Positions 28,354 to 41,804 of a stretch of 64,000 nt of DNA are shown one piece after another. A program made the translations under genes and the position numbers. Origin of the DNA: Octopus vulgaris (lineage: Eukaryota); assembly GCA_951406725.2 (NCBI GenBank), contig OX597831.1, positions 3,472,001-3,536,000 on the forward strand. The letters run 5' to 3'. The stretch's first letter is position 1, and each line of letters starts with the position of its first letter. The notes beneath the pieces were generated by a model, which saw nothing but the letters and a program-made list of their open reading frames with translations, made no database searches and was not told the origin of the DNA.

Positions 28354-29455
28354 CCCTCTGGCATTCAGATTACTTTTTCAAATGTAATGTTTACTGATTC
28401 ATATTGTATTCACTTAATTATACATTATCTCATAGCTTTGAGTTTTCCATAATGTCATCATCATCATCGTTTAATGTCCGCTTTCCATGCTAGCATGGGT
28501 TGGACGATTTGACTGAGGTCTGGCGAACCAGATGTCTGCACCAGACTCCAATCTGATCTGGTAGAGTTTCTACAGCTGGATGCCCTTCCTAATGCCAACC
28601 ACTCTGAGAGTGTAGTGGGTGGTTTTAAAGTGCCTCCGGCATGAGGGCCAGTCAGGCTGTACTGGCAACGGCCACACTCAGATGGTACTTTTTATGTGCC
28701 ACCTACACAAGAGCCAGTCCAGCAGCACTGGCAATGACCTCGCTTGAATGTCTTTTCACGTGCCACCAGCACAAGTGTTAGTAAGGCGACACAGGTAGCG
28801 ATCATGCTCGAATGGTGTTTTTAACATGTCATTGGCTCGGAGGCCAGCTAGTTGCTCTGGTCCCGATCTCACTTGTATAGTTCTCTTAGTGCTCCAGTAG
28901 CACGGATGCCAGTCATCGAATTTCATTTCGATTTTGATTTCACTTGCCTCATCAAGTCTTCGCAAGCAGAGTTTAGTGTCCAATGAAGGAAAGGCACGCA
29001 TAAGTGGACTGGTTACACCCCTGGCATAGGCCACGAGGTTATGGTCTCACTTGCACTTGCTGAGTCTTATCAAGCACAGCATATTTCCAGAGGTCCCAGT
29101 CACTAGTCAAGGTCCCGGTCACTAGTCAATGTGATTGTTTATTTTTAGAATGACATTGTAGGGTAAGTGTGGGAGGTCAAATCTGGCTGGTTTGTATATA
29201 AAACAGGTAGAATATTTGGGTTAGATATGGCAGGCTTAACCCTTTAGCATTTAATCTGGTCATATCTGGCCAGAATAATCTGTTTTATCTTCAAACTGGC
29301 CAGATCTGGCCTCTCACACTTAACCTAAAATATTATTCTAAATATAAATAATGACATCACCGAAATCCCAAAGTTACAAAGTAAGGCTTAACTAATTCAT
29401 ATCAATGTGAATAAATAAGCATTACATTTGACAGAGTAATCTAAATGCTAAAGGG
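28354..29455. mobile_element. Nested group: piggyBac-type MITE interrupted by an RTE 3' fragment (28456-29128, minus) and by a second MITE (29240-29455)
   Basis: ttaa|ccctctggcattcag left end. The MITE body resumes at about 29130. The inner MITE has TTAA TSDs. Confidence 0.7.
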
Positions 29456-30224
29456 TTAAGCTGGAATAAAGCTTAATCCTCACTTTATCTACCATGGTTT
29501 GGATGAGTATTCCAGTTCAACAATACCCTAGAAATTTAGAACAAGTGATTTGACAGGACAGGGGCCTCTCCATTGTCAAACCCTACAAGAAACCTCTGTG
29601 AGAGGAGGCCAGTTAATTCTCTCGTCATCGATTGTCTACAAATATCTCAACTACATTAAAAATATCCTAGATGCAGCTGCTGCTGCTTATGATGATGATG
29701 ATGATGATGATATGTATGACTGTTCCTCTCCCTCCATGTTTGACAGCCAGTGTTGGTTTGTTTATATCCCTGTAACTTAATGGTATAGCAAAAGAGACCT
29801 CTAGGGTAAGTGCCAAACTTAAAATAAGTACTGGGGTGACTTGTTTGGCTAAAACCCTTCAAGGTGGTGCCACAACTTGGCTTCAGTCCAATGACTGAAG
29901 CAGATAAAAATTAGATGATAATGATGATGATGATGATGATCCTACCAATAAAGAATATGGAATAATGTTTTTTGACCTTTCTCACAACGATATCTTCTGA
30001 ATGTTTGGTGTCTACCCATTCAAGTTAGATCCCCAAACTTTTGTTATTTTTTAGACATTTTATTTCTTCTTCACACAGTCTACACACAGAAAAATGGCAG
30101 CAAAAATTCCAAGCCACGCTCCCACCCACAGGAAAATTGGCAAAGAATAAAACATGTTTGAGAAGCAAAAAACAAACAAAAAGGAAAAGCAATTTCATTC
30201 CACAGTAAAGTATTAGTAATGAAC

Positions 30225-30299
<75 letters not shown>

Positions 30300-30699
30300 A
30301 AACAATATTTCAACAGCTGAAAATGACAGTTTGATTACATTGGGTGAGAATGCTGTCAGCAGCAGCAACAACAACAAGAACATTGATACATATATAAATT
30401 CTTTACCCAATAGAAACATTTCTGTTAATTTTCTTGCATTGTAAATAACAGAATATTTGAATATGAACTTTCATCTGGAGAAAGAGTTGATATGGGATAG
30501 ATGCATTATGAAGAAAAGTACCTCTCTACCTGATGACTACATACAACAAAGGAAAAAATGTCTATCTCTGTCTCCTTAGATACAGAACAATTACAAGAAG
30601 CCCTGTTAGATGTGTGGAGAAAAATCATCTTGGGTGAGGGAGAACCTGCAGAACTGTCTATATCGATTTTGAACTTGAAAACACACTACTAAAACAGGT

Positions 30700-31110
30700 A
30701 GAGGTGGTGAGACACCATATTGGCAATGATATTGTCTCCGATGTCTTTGTCACATTTGTATTATAGCATGGGAGAATGGCCAGTAGCAGAGATGATAATG
30801 GCTGTCAGGTGCTAAGGAGGTGTCAAAGTGGACATACAAATCCCAATGATCCTCAGAAACTATTGGGGTTGTGCTCCGTTGTAGATGCAGAACTGAAAGA
30901 CATGAGACTTATAGGGGATATATAAGTGGTTGAGTGACCATCATTGATGAGACCAAGGAAGGTTGAAATCATGAGATCTGGTGTTCTTGGTGCTGGAGAT
31001 GGTGGGGATTTACCTCCCCACTAGTGATGTAAGCAAGAGTGCATTTTGCACCAAAACCCAATATGAGAGTTTCTCTCAGGGTATCTACCACAGTATAGTT
31101 TGTTCTAACA
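30700..31110 (-). mobile_element. Highly decayed L2/Crack-like LINE fragment
   Basis: Weak minus-strand peptide remnants (YKSHV...LRIIG); heavily mutated. Confidence 0.3.
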
Positions 31111-31142
31111 GAACATTCGTGTTTAAGTGGGGGATAAATATT

Positions 31143-31602
31143 GATTTCTGGTTTTGGTACAAGGCCGCAATTTTGGGGAGGTGTAAGTCAATTACATCAA
31201 TCCCAGTGCTCGACTTGTCCTTATTTTATTGACCCCGAAAGGATGAGAGGCAAAGTCAAACTCAGTGGAATTTGAACTTAGAACATGAAGATGGATGAAA
31301 TACCTCACTTTCTTTACTACCCACAAGGGGCTAAACACAAAGGGAACAAACAAGGACAGACAAACGGATTAAGTCGATTATATCGACCCCAGTGCGTAAC
31401 TGGTGCTTATTTAATCGACCCCGAAAGGATGAAAGTCAAAGTCAACCTCGGCGGAATTTGAACTCAGAACGTAATGGCAGACGAAATACGGCTAAGCATT
31501 TCGCCCGGCGTGCTTAACGTTTCTGCCAGCTCGCCGCCTTAGATGGATGAAATACCATTAAGTATTTTACCCAGCATGCTAATGGTTCTGTTAGCTCGCC
31601 AC
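31143..31602 (-). mobile_element. Family C SINE containing a nested family C SINE (31305-31540)
   Basis: 16-bp TSD agatggatgaaatacc at 31289-31304 and 31541-31556. Confidence 0.85.
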
Positions 31603-32354
31603 AAGGTGGCGAGCTAACAGAACTTATCCCCACAAGCTCGCCACCCTGTGGGGATAAATATTACCTCATAAGAGTTATAGTTCAGGATAAAAAGCTTAGT
31701 TGTTATACTTGTAGAAATAAGGGTCATTTTGAAGGGATTTATCTTGAAGAACTGGGAAAGATAAAAAGAAAACAAAGCTGGTAGAGAACATCAGATACAG
31801 CAGAAGAAGTAGCTGACCCCAGTCTCCAGTCACAGCTCTGGAAATGATGGAGAAAAGCACTTTGTCCCTTCAGTACCTGAAGCTGATCCTGGCCTTGTGC
31901 CAAAATTTTGAAACAATCATCGTTGTCATCATCATCATCATATCATCAGCATCTTCGTTGTCATCATTGTCGTCGTCATTGACACTGTTATCGTTGTTGT
32001 TGTTGTTGTTGTTGTTGTCATCATAATCATCATTTATTGGCCAAAGTTTTAGAGCTGTGGATGAAATGCCTTACATTATGAGTTCAAATCCTGTCAAGTT
32101 AAATTTTACCTTACATTTTTTTTTTTTTACGGTCAAGTTCTACTCAAGTGCTGAAGATTGATGGTTGATGGTTGATGGTGTTGATTGTTCTTGTGTCTAA
32201 ATCAAAAACAATTAAAGCAGCGAGATGGGAAAAAATGAAAGCAGCACAAAGATAAAAAAAAAACCTTGCCCCATTTGTTCTGTCTCTTTACAATCTGAGT
32301 TCAAACTTCACTGAGTTGTATATGAGCATCACCATCAAACAGGGCAGGTTGTTT

Positions 32355-32762
32355 ACTCTTTACTCTTTTACTTGTTTCAGTCACTTGACTGCGGCCATGC
32401 TGGAGCACCACCTTTAGTCGAGCAAATTGACCCCGGGACTTATTCTTTGTAAGCCCAGTACTTATTCTATCAGTCTCTTTTGCCGAACCACTAAGTGACA
32501 GGGACGTAAACACACCAGCATCGGTTGTCAAGCAATGCTAGGGGGACAAACACAGACACACAAACATATACATACACATACATATATATACATATATACG
32601 ACAGGCTTCTTTCAGTTTCCGTCTACCAAATCCACTCACAAGGCATTGGTTGGCCCGAGGCTATAGTAGAAGACACTTGCCCAAGATGCCATGCAGTGGG
32701 GCTGAACCCGGAACCATGTGGTTGGTTAGCAAGCTACTTACCACACAGCCACTCCTGCGCCT
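32355..32762 (-). mobile_element. SINE family A, full length
   Basis: Reverse complement of the 15521 copy. Confidence 0.9.
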
Positions 32763-32997
32763 ATTTGTTTCAGTCTTCCGTCGAAAACATGTTTAGATAT
32801 GGGAAAATATTACCTTGCTCGGAAACAAGTGAGGGTTAGCAATAGGAAGGGTAGCTGACCGTAGAAAATCTGCATGGACAAGTGGATGTTAAATGATAAT
32901 GATGATGATGATGATGATGATGATGATTATGATGATGAGGAGGAGGAGGATAAAGGGTGTTTTATAAAATAAATCTAGCTAGATATTAGTCATGTCA

Positions 32998-33400
32998 TTC
33001 TGGGTACAGCCCCATTGCATGGTACCTTGGGTAAGTGTCTTCTACTATAACCTCAGGCTGACCAAAACCTGTGAGTGGATTTGGTAGATGGAAACTAAAA
33101 AGAAGCCCATTGTATATACATTTATATATATATATATATATGTATCTATTTACATATATATATTCATGCATATGTGTGTGGTTAGTCTGTGTTTGTCCCC
33201 ACCACCACTTGACAATCGGTGTTGGTGTGTTTACATCCCTGTAACTTAGTGGTTCAGCAAAAAAAAAAGAGACCAATAGAATAAGTACTGAACTTAAAAG
33301 AAATAAAATAAGTCTTAGGGTCGATTCGTTTGACTAAAACTCTTCAAGGTAGTGCCCCAGCATAGTCACAGACAAATACCTGAAACAAATAAAAGGTAAG
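32998..33400 (+). mobile_element. SINE family A, diverged and 5'-truncated
   Basis: Homology to other family A copies. Confidence 0.75.
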
Positions 33401-34073
33401 AGATATATACACGTGCTAAAAGTCTGGGTATATCAAATTCTATTTAGCGGCAGTCTATGGGTGTAGAAACAGAATGCATTCACCATATTTATACAGCATA
33501 TTCAGACATGGCTTTTATAAAGTATTTCACAGACAAGAAAATATTTTGAATGCAGTGTAGCCATGGAAACAGAAAAAAGATTGGGTATAAGATGGGAAAA
33601 TTTGCCAGCAGATGGCTACAGAACTCAGAACCCACATCCCTCAGATACCAGCTGAGTATTCTACCATTAAGCAAGTACTCAGCATGGGTTCAAGTCCTGT
33701 AGCTGTCTGCAGACAACTTTTTCTGTTTTATAAGGGTACAAAATACCCAATCTTTCTGCTGTTTCACAGCTTTACAACATCTGAAATTTTCTTTCCTTGT
33801 CTGTAAAATACAAAACACATTCAATACTTTCAAAGTTTCTTTACAAAAACTGTTTTATAAAATAATTATAATATGGTGATTGGAAGGAAATCCCCATAGC
33901 TTTAGAAAGGGTATCCCCTTGATGGTAAGAAGGGGATTCCCATAGGGATTGAAAGGCAAGCCCTATGGTGATAGAAAGAGAATCTGCATGCGATAGGAAA
34001 AGCATCCCTTTGGTGACAGAAAGAGTATCCTCATGGCAATAAGAAGGGCGTCTAGCTGTAAAGATCATGACAT

Positions 34074-34450
34074 AGGCACAGGCATGGCTGTGTGGTAAGA
34101 AGCTTGATGCTTCCCAACAACATGGTCCCAGGTTCAGTCACACTGCATGGCACTTTGAGCAAGTGTCTTCTACTATAGCCTTGGGCCAACCGAAGCCTTC
34201 TGAGTGGATTTGGTAGACATAAACTGAAACAAGCTCATTGTTTATATGCATACATGCATATATATATACATACATCATAATCACCACGACGACCACCACC
34301 ACCACTTAGCAGTTCAGCATAAGAGACTGATAGAATAAGTATCAGGCTTTAAAAAAAACAGTACTGAGGTCAATTCATTCGATTAAAGCTTCTTCAAGGT
34401 GGTGCCCCAGCATGACCACAGTCTAATTAAATAAACAAGTAGAGGATAAA
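34074..34450 (+). mobile_element. SINE family A, diverged
   Basis: Head aggcacaggcatggctgtgtggtaag. Confidence 0.75.
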
Positions 34451-34936
34451 AAAATATCAAACAAAAGCCATGAAAATGGTCAGTTCTCTTGCTGTGTATT
34501 GCTGGATGGTGACAGGCTATGCCGGATGGTGAGACACTTTCAGACTGGTTCTGGCCCATGCTAGAATGGAAAATAAGTACCGTCTTTGGACATCATCTTC
34601 ATAATCATCATCATCTTTGTTGTCATCATCATCTAGGGGTCAGGGTCAGGACATTACACTCACAATTGCGAACTCCTAGGGCCAGTAGTTACTCAGTTTC
34701 CATGGCGTGTTACTCCATGTAGTTACTCAGTTTCCATGGTAACTGAGATCACTATGCCCCAGGGATGGGATGCTAGACTGTAGCACGGTTATGGTCATTT
34801 GTTAATAGCTGAGTGGATGGAAGTAATGTGGAATGGAGTGTTTTGCTCAAGAATGCAATGCAATGCAATGCTCTGTCCTGAAATTAAAACCACAATCATG
34901 CAATTGTGGGAGTAATGCCCTGACTCTGACCTCTAC

Positions 34937-35092
34937 ATGATGATGACAAAGAAGACTATGATGAAAGCAATGATGATGATGATGATGATGATGATGACAA
35001 CAATGATAAGCATGACAATAGTGATAATGATGATGATGATGATTATAGTGATGACAAGCATAACAATCAAGACAATGATGACAATGGTGAGG

Positions 35093-35124
<32 letters not shown>

Positions 35125-35288
35125 GATGGTGATGGTGATAATGATGATGATGATGGCAATGATGATGATGATGATAAGGATGATGAGGATGATGACAACA
35201 ACATTGAGGACGGCAACAACAATAATGATGTTGATGACGATAATAGTGATGACCTGCATAACAACAAAAACAATGATGACAACGATGT

Positions 35289-35326
<38 letters not shown>

Positions 35327-35477
35327 GCAATGATGATGATGATGATGTTGACTATAATGATGATGACAACAACGACAGTGATGAGGATAAGCGATGACGA
35401 TGAAAACAAGAATGATGTCAATGACGATTATGATGATGATTATGATGATAACATTCATGATATTGATGATAACAGCA

Positions 35478-35508
<31 letters not shown>

Positions 35509-35510
35509 CA
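34937..35510. repeat. (GAT)n degenerate trinucleotide repeat
   Basis: Directly visible. Confidence 0.95.
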
Positions 35511-36637
35511 ATACTCTGAATATATATAATTGTGTTAGCGATCTGGGTTTATCTAACACTATCCAGTGTTGTATTCAGGGTAGATAAACAGGGTAATTTG
35601 AATACATTTATGCAGGCAGTGTAATTATATACACAAACAGGGGGTACTACGAAACAAATGCCATATATTTTAAACAACTGTACGTCTTCCATAGTTAGAT
35701 TATTTATGGTTTACAAAATGAGATTCAGATCGAAATAATATTAAAAAAAAAGAAAAATGCATCGGAAGCGCAACAAGTCCGGATACATGCATTTAAATTG
35801 GTAATCACGAAAGAAAGGAATCAAGCAGCACCTGGAGGGAGGTGTTTTCATCTCTGTGTGTTTTGCCATGTCATGGTGACACCTAGAAGCTAATCCATCA
35901 TCGCTTTGTCACTATGGCACTTATCCAAATAATAACACCTTCACTTAGACCTTAATCCTCATATACTCATAAAGAAAGTGAGTTACTTTCAATATCTGAG
36001 TGTTTAGTATCAGTGGAACAATGAAATTTCCTCCCATTAAGCTATTTGTATTCTTTGTTTTAATGCAAATGTTAAGTGTTTCTTACATCTCACTTCAATT
36101 ATCTAGATTGCTTTGCAGCTTTCAGAAATTGCATTCTGGGATTTGTTAGAATGACATTTCTATCTCATTCAAATAGGAGAGGTTATATCATTAGGCTTTT
36201 ACTAAATCATTGTGTTATTCATGTTGCTGTTGTTGTTGTTGTTGTTGTTTTAGCTTTTGTTTTTATTGTTGTTGTTGTTGTTGTCGTTTCAATGTTGCAT
36301 GCGGCTTGGGCTGACGTCGGCGGCGGTGGTGTTGATGATCATGCTAGTGGCGAAGTTAGTGAAATGAGCTCTCGGTTCGGTTTTGACTTAACTCCAACTC
36401 TCTTAGCAGCTACGTAATTAATTAAGAGAAGAATTAATCCTGAACTAAATAATGAATAATAATACTGGTATACACACATCCAATTGTACACTCACTCTCT
36501 CACGCACAGGTGCATGCATGCATGTATCTACACACACACATGCATACATGCATGCATGCACATATATATATATTCTGGTGATGTCATATATACATATATA
36601 TATATAATTATATATATATATATACATATATATTTAA

Positions 36638-37400
<763 letters not shown>

Positions 37401-37417
37401 ATATACTCTATATATGT

Positions 37418-37451
<34 letters not shown>

Positions 37452-37509
37452 ATATCACCACTACTTTATTATCTTCCCTTCTCCCTAGCTCTCCTGTGTG
37501 ACCCTTCTG

Positions 37510-37708
37510 TCCAACATTTGCCATGATAGATCGCTAGCCACTACACATTCTATATTTTCTCTCCTTGTTTCTTTCTGTGTTTCTTTCTGTGAAAGAGCGT
37601 AGGCTCGAAACGTTAAAGACTTTTTCACTTACTGAGCATTATACTAATACATCTGTTTGTTGTCAACACCACCTGTCTTCGTCTTTTGTTTCTTTTTGTG
37701 AATTCTCC

Positions 37709-37710
<2 letters not shown>
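37510..37710 (+). mobile_element. Penelope-like terminal fragment with hammerhead-like motif, abutting (TA)n
   Basis: cttt-ctgtgaa-a-gagc gtag gctc-gaaacgtt-aaag at 37583-37618. Confidence 0.5.
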
Positions 37711-37756
<46 letters not shown>

Positions 37757-37955
37757 TTATAAATAAGGATAAGGTCAATATTTAAATATCTATCTTATCA
37801 AGTGGCCAGCATGGGAAAAAAAACCTTCAAAGGTAATAATTATTTAAAATTATAATTTAGGGTATCTGAGAGATACCGCCACGCTGAAAATAGCAGTCAA
37901 GACCTGACTCTAAAGCCACATTAACTGTTCATATAGCACCAGGAGAGAAGACAAA

Positions 37956-38106
37956 AGACAAAATAAACTCGCAAGAAATTACTGGATCATTCCAGATCCT
38001 GGATTTCTGGCTTTGCATAAGTGACGAAGGCAGAGCATCTCTTATGCAAAGCCAGAAATCCAGGATCTGGAATGATCCAGTAATTTCTTGCGAGTTTATT
38101 TTGTCT
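37956..38106. repeat. Perfect 66-bp inverted repeat with 19-nt spacer
   Basis: 37956-38021 is the exact reverse complement of 38041-38106. Confidence 0.95.
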
Positions 38107-38171
38107 ATTTATATTTATATATGTGTGTGTGTGTATACATATATGTATATGTATATATACATACATACATA

Positions 38172-38389
38172 CAAGGGGTGCTGAAAAGTTTCTGGCATTT
38201 AGCAAAAGAAAATACAAGAGGATCTGTTAATTATGATTTTATTTAACATATTCCCCTCTAAGATTCACACACTTATTGCAAGTGGTCCTTCAGTTTTTCT
38301 AAACCCTGTAAAACAACTTGGAAGGTTGGGCCTCCAACCAGGCCTTTCGTGATACCCTTAAAGCCAGGAACTTTTCAGCAAACACCTCA
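38172..38389. mobile_element. mariner-derived MITE
   Basis: Imperfect TIRs ta|caaggggtgctgaaaagtttctggc and gccaggaacttttcagcaaacacctc. Confidence 0.7.
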
Positions 38390-38786
38390 TGTTTGTGTGT
38401 GTGTGTGCATGTATTCATGTGTATCTTTCAGTGATTGTGTTGAATGAACTGGAAAGACAGAGTAGCAAATGCTACATTATGAGTAAAGTTGAAAATCCAA
38501 AAACACCTATATATGTGAGAATCACGTTCATAAAAGCTACCATATTTTGGACATACCATGAGGCATGAGTCACTGCCCAAGACCAGTGTCGAGGAGAAGA
38601 GAGCACGAGGCCATCAAAGATGCTTGTGGACTAATGACATTAACTAAGAGATGGAAACAAAAGCCTGGTTGATTGTATGCATGCAGCACAGAAGGAGCTG
38701 GAAAGTCTTAAGAAGCTGACCCCTAAACCCAGGGAGGGTACATGGCAAGTTGCTGCTGCTGATATGCATATATATATATATTTATG

Positions 38787-38831
<45 letters not shown>

Positions 38832-38836
<5 letters not shown>

Positions 38837-39043
38837 ATCCAAACAAGAAAGCACAAAAAAACACAACAACGCGAGGACGTGGAACAAATATAGTATTATT
38901 GGACGCTCAGGAAAGAAGGAAAGAAGGAGGGTTTAACGTTTCGAGTGGAGCCCTTCGTCGGAAACATAGGAGAAGGAAAGATCCAGTGAAGGGAAGACAG
39001 AGGAAAAAAAATCGCCAACGGTACACACGAGGTCACATTTTGA
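38832..39043 (-). mobile_element. Penelope-like terminal fragment (inverted copy of 836-1037)
   Basis: High similarity to the reverse complement of 836-1037; abuts (TA)n. Confidence 0.55.
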
Positions 39044-39349
39044 ATGGGATATATGTTGTTATGTTTCTTATGTTTTCCAGTTTCAGCTCTTGAGCTGTGG
39101 CCATGCTGGGACATATATATATTTGTATATCACAGATGAGATCCAGAGATTTTGCGTATAGAAGACATTTAGTAGTGCTCAAAAGCTTAAAACTTAGACT
39201 CCGATCAGTTGACAAGGTAAAGAAAGGCTATAAGTGAGATCAAGTTGAGCAGGTATAGAGGTACTTATGTGGGTAAACAAATTAGATACATCAAAAATTT
39301 TAAATATATCAGTTTGGGTATGAAATATAAAATATATATATATATTTGT

Positions 39350-40939
39350 GGTACCAGTGCCGGTGGCACATAAGAAAACCATCCGAACATGGCCGTAGCC
39401 AGTACCGCATCGACTGGCCTCCGTGCTGTGGGCACATAACAAACACCATCCGATCGTGGCCGTTCGCCAGCCTTGTCTGGCACCTGTGTCAGTAGCACAT
39501 AAAAAACACCATCCGAGCATGGCCGTCTGCCAGCCTCGTCTGGCACCTGTGTCGGTGGCACATAAAAAACACCATCCGAGCGTGGCCGTTCGCCAGCCTC
39601 ATCTGGCACCTGTGTCGGTGGCACATAAAAAGCACCATCCGAGCATGGCCGTTCGCCAGCCTCGTCTGGCACCTGTGTCGGTGGCACATAAAAAGCACCA
39701 TCCGAGCATGGCCGTTCGCCAGCCTCGTCTGGCACCTGTGTCGGTGGCACATAAAAAGCACCATCCGAGCATGGCCGTTCGCCAGCCTCGTCTGGCACCT
39801 GTGTCGGTGGCACATAAAAAACACCATCCGAGCGTGGCCGTTCGCCAGCCTCGTCTGGCACCTGTGTCGGTGGCACATAAAAAGCACCATCCGAGCGTGG
39901 CCGTTCGCCAGCCTCGTCTGGCACCTGTGTCGGTGGCACATAAAAAGCACCATCCGAGCATGGCCGTTCGCCAGCCTCGTCTGGCACCTGTGTCGGTGGC
40001 ACATAAAAAGCACCATCCGAGCATGGCCGTTCGCCAGCCTCGTCTGGCACCTGTGTCGGTGGCACATAAAAAACACCATCCGAGCGTGGCCGTTCACCAG
40101 CCTCGTCTGGCACCTGTGTCGGTGGCACATAAAAAACACCATCCGAGCGTGGCCGTTCGCCAGCCTCGTCTGGCACCTGTGTCGGTGGCACATAAAAAAC
40201 ACCATCCGAGCATGGCCGTTCGCCAGCCTCGTCTGGCACCTGTGTCGGTGGCACATAAAAAACACCATCCGAGCGTGGCCGTTCGCCAGCCTCGTCTGGC
40301 ACCTATGTCGGTGGCACATAAAAACGCCATCCGAGCATGGCCGTTCGCCAGCCTCGTCTGGCACCTGTGTCGGTGGCACATAAAAAGCACCATCCGAGCA
40401 TGGCCGTTCGCCAGCCTCGTCTGGCACCTGTGTCGGTGGCACATAAAAAACACCATCCGAGCGTGGCCGTTCGCCAGCCTCGTCTGGCACCTGTGTCGGT
40501 GGCACATAAAAAACACCATCCGAGCGTGGCCGTTCGCCAGCCTCGTCTGGCACCTGTGTCGGTGGCACATAAAAAACACCATCCGAGCGTGGCCGTTCGC
40601 CAGCCTCGTCTGGCACCTGTGTCGGTGGCACATAAAAAGCACCATCCGAGCATGGCCGTTCGCCAGCCTCGTCTGGCACCTGTGTCGGTGGCACATAAAA
40701 AACACCATCCGAGCGTGGCCATTTGCCAGCCTCGTCTGGCACCTGTGTCGGTGGCACATAAAATCACCCACTACACTCTCGGAGTGGTTGGCGTTAGGAA
40801 GGGCATCCAGCTGTAGAAACACTGCCTGATCTGACTGGCCTGGTGCAGCCTTCGGGCTCCCCAGACCCCAGTTGAACCGTCCAACCCATGCTAGCATGGA
40901 AAGCAGACGCTAAACGACGATGATGATGATGATGATGAT
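39350..40939 (+). mobile_element. RTE LINE 3' fragment with expanded internal array
   Basis: Ends in the RTE 3' terminus and (GAT)n tail. Confidence 0.9.
39433..40760. repeat. 63-bp tandem array, about 21 copies, derived from the RTE 3' UTR
   Basis: Unit cacataaaaaacaccatccgagcgtggccgttcgccagcctcgtctggcacctgtgtcggtgg; 21-aa periodicity in the ORF track. Confidence 0.95.
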
Positions 40940-41341
40940 ATTGGCTCCTGGGCTGGTGACGTATGAAAAGCACATCCAAGCATGATTGTTGCCAGTGTTG
41001 CCTTACTGGCACATGTGTGGCTGCCACATGAAAAACAACATTCGAGCATGGTCGTTGCCAGTGCCGCTGGACTGGTTCCCATGCAGGTAGCACATAAAAA
41101 CTCCTTTTGAGCGTGGTCATTGCCAGAAACGCCTAACTGGCCCTTGTGCCGATGGCACGTAAAAGCACCCACTACACTCTCAGTGTGGTTAGTGTTAGGA
41201 AGGGCATCCAGCTGTAGAAACTCTGCCAGATCTGATTGGAGCCTGGTGCAGCCGCTGGCTCGCCAGTCCTCAGTCAAACCATCCAACCCATGCCAGCATG
41301 GAAAGAAGATGTAAAACGATGATGATGATGATGATGATGAT
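40940..41341 (+). mobile_element. Second RTE 3' fragment (diverged subfamily) directly downstream
   Basis: Similar to 27460-27923. Confidence 0.8.
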
Positions 41342-41804
41342 AATGCAAAACAAGAGAAAGCAAAAGGTGGAGTCTTTCATATGATGAATTTTTTAGCATA
41401 GATATATAGATATTTATGTTGATAGGTCCAACTTATGCAGAGTACAAATGACAGAGAAAATTAAATGAGTGAAAGACAGGTGTTATAAGTCCGACAGCTG
41501 TTTCTGGGGCTCGGTGATTAATAATAATGTTGGTAGATTTAGTTTATCACAATATGTGGCCATATGGATGCAATTAACATTTGATAAGAGAAGCCTGCAT
41601 TATCAAAGTAAAGATCTTACATTACAGATCTTAATGCTGAGAAGTTCAAAGATGGAACAGAGAAATTCAAAGACACCAACTGTGGTGGTGGGGGACAGAC
41701 ATTAAATGATGATGAAGATAATGATGATGATCATTATGATGATAATAATGATATATATGAAGGTAATTCTTGCATTACAGATGCATTGGGTTCCTGAAGA
41801 TCTT

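Noticed and set aside
39433-40760. CRISPR-like appearance and 345-468-aa ORFs of the 63-bp array
   Set aside because: Units are contiguous with no unique spacers, there are no cas genes, and the context is eukaryotic. The ORFs are open on both strands simply because the unit is 63 bp, and the unit derives from the RTE 3' UTR.
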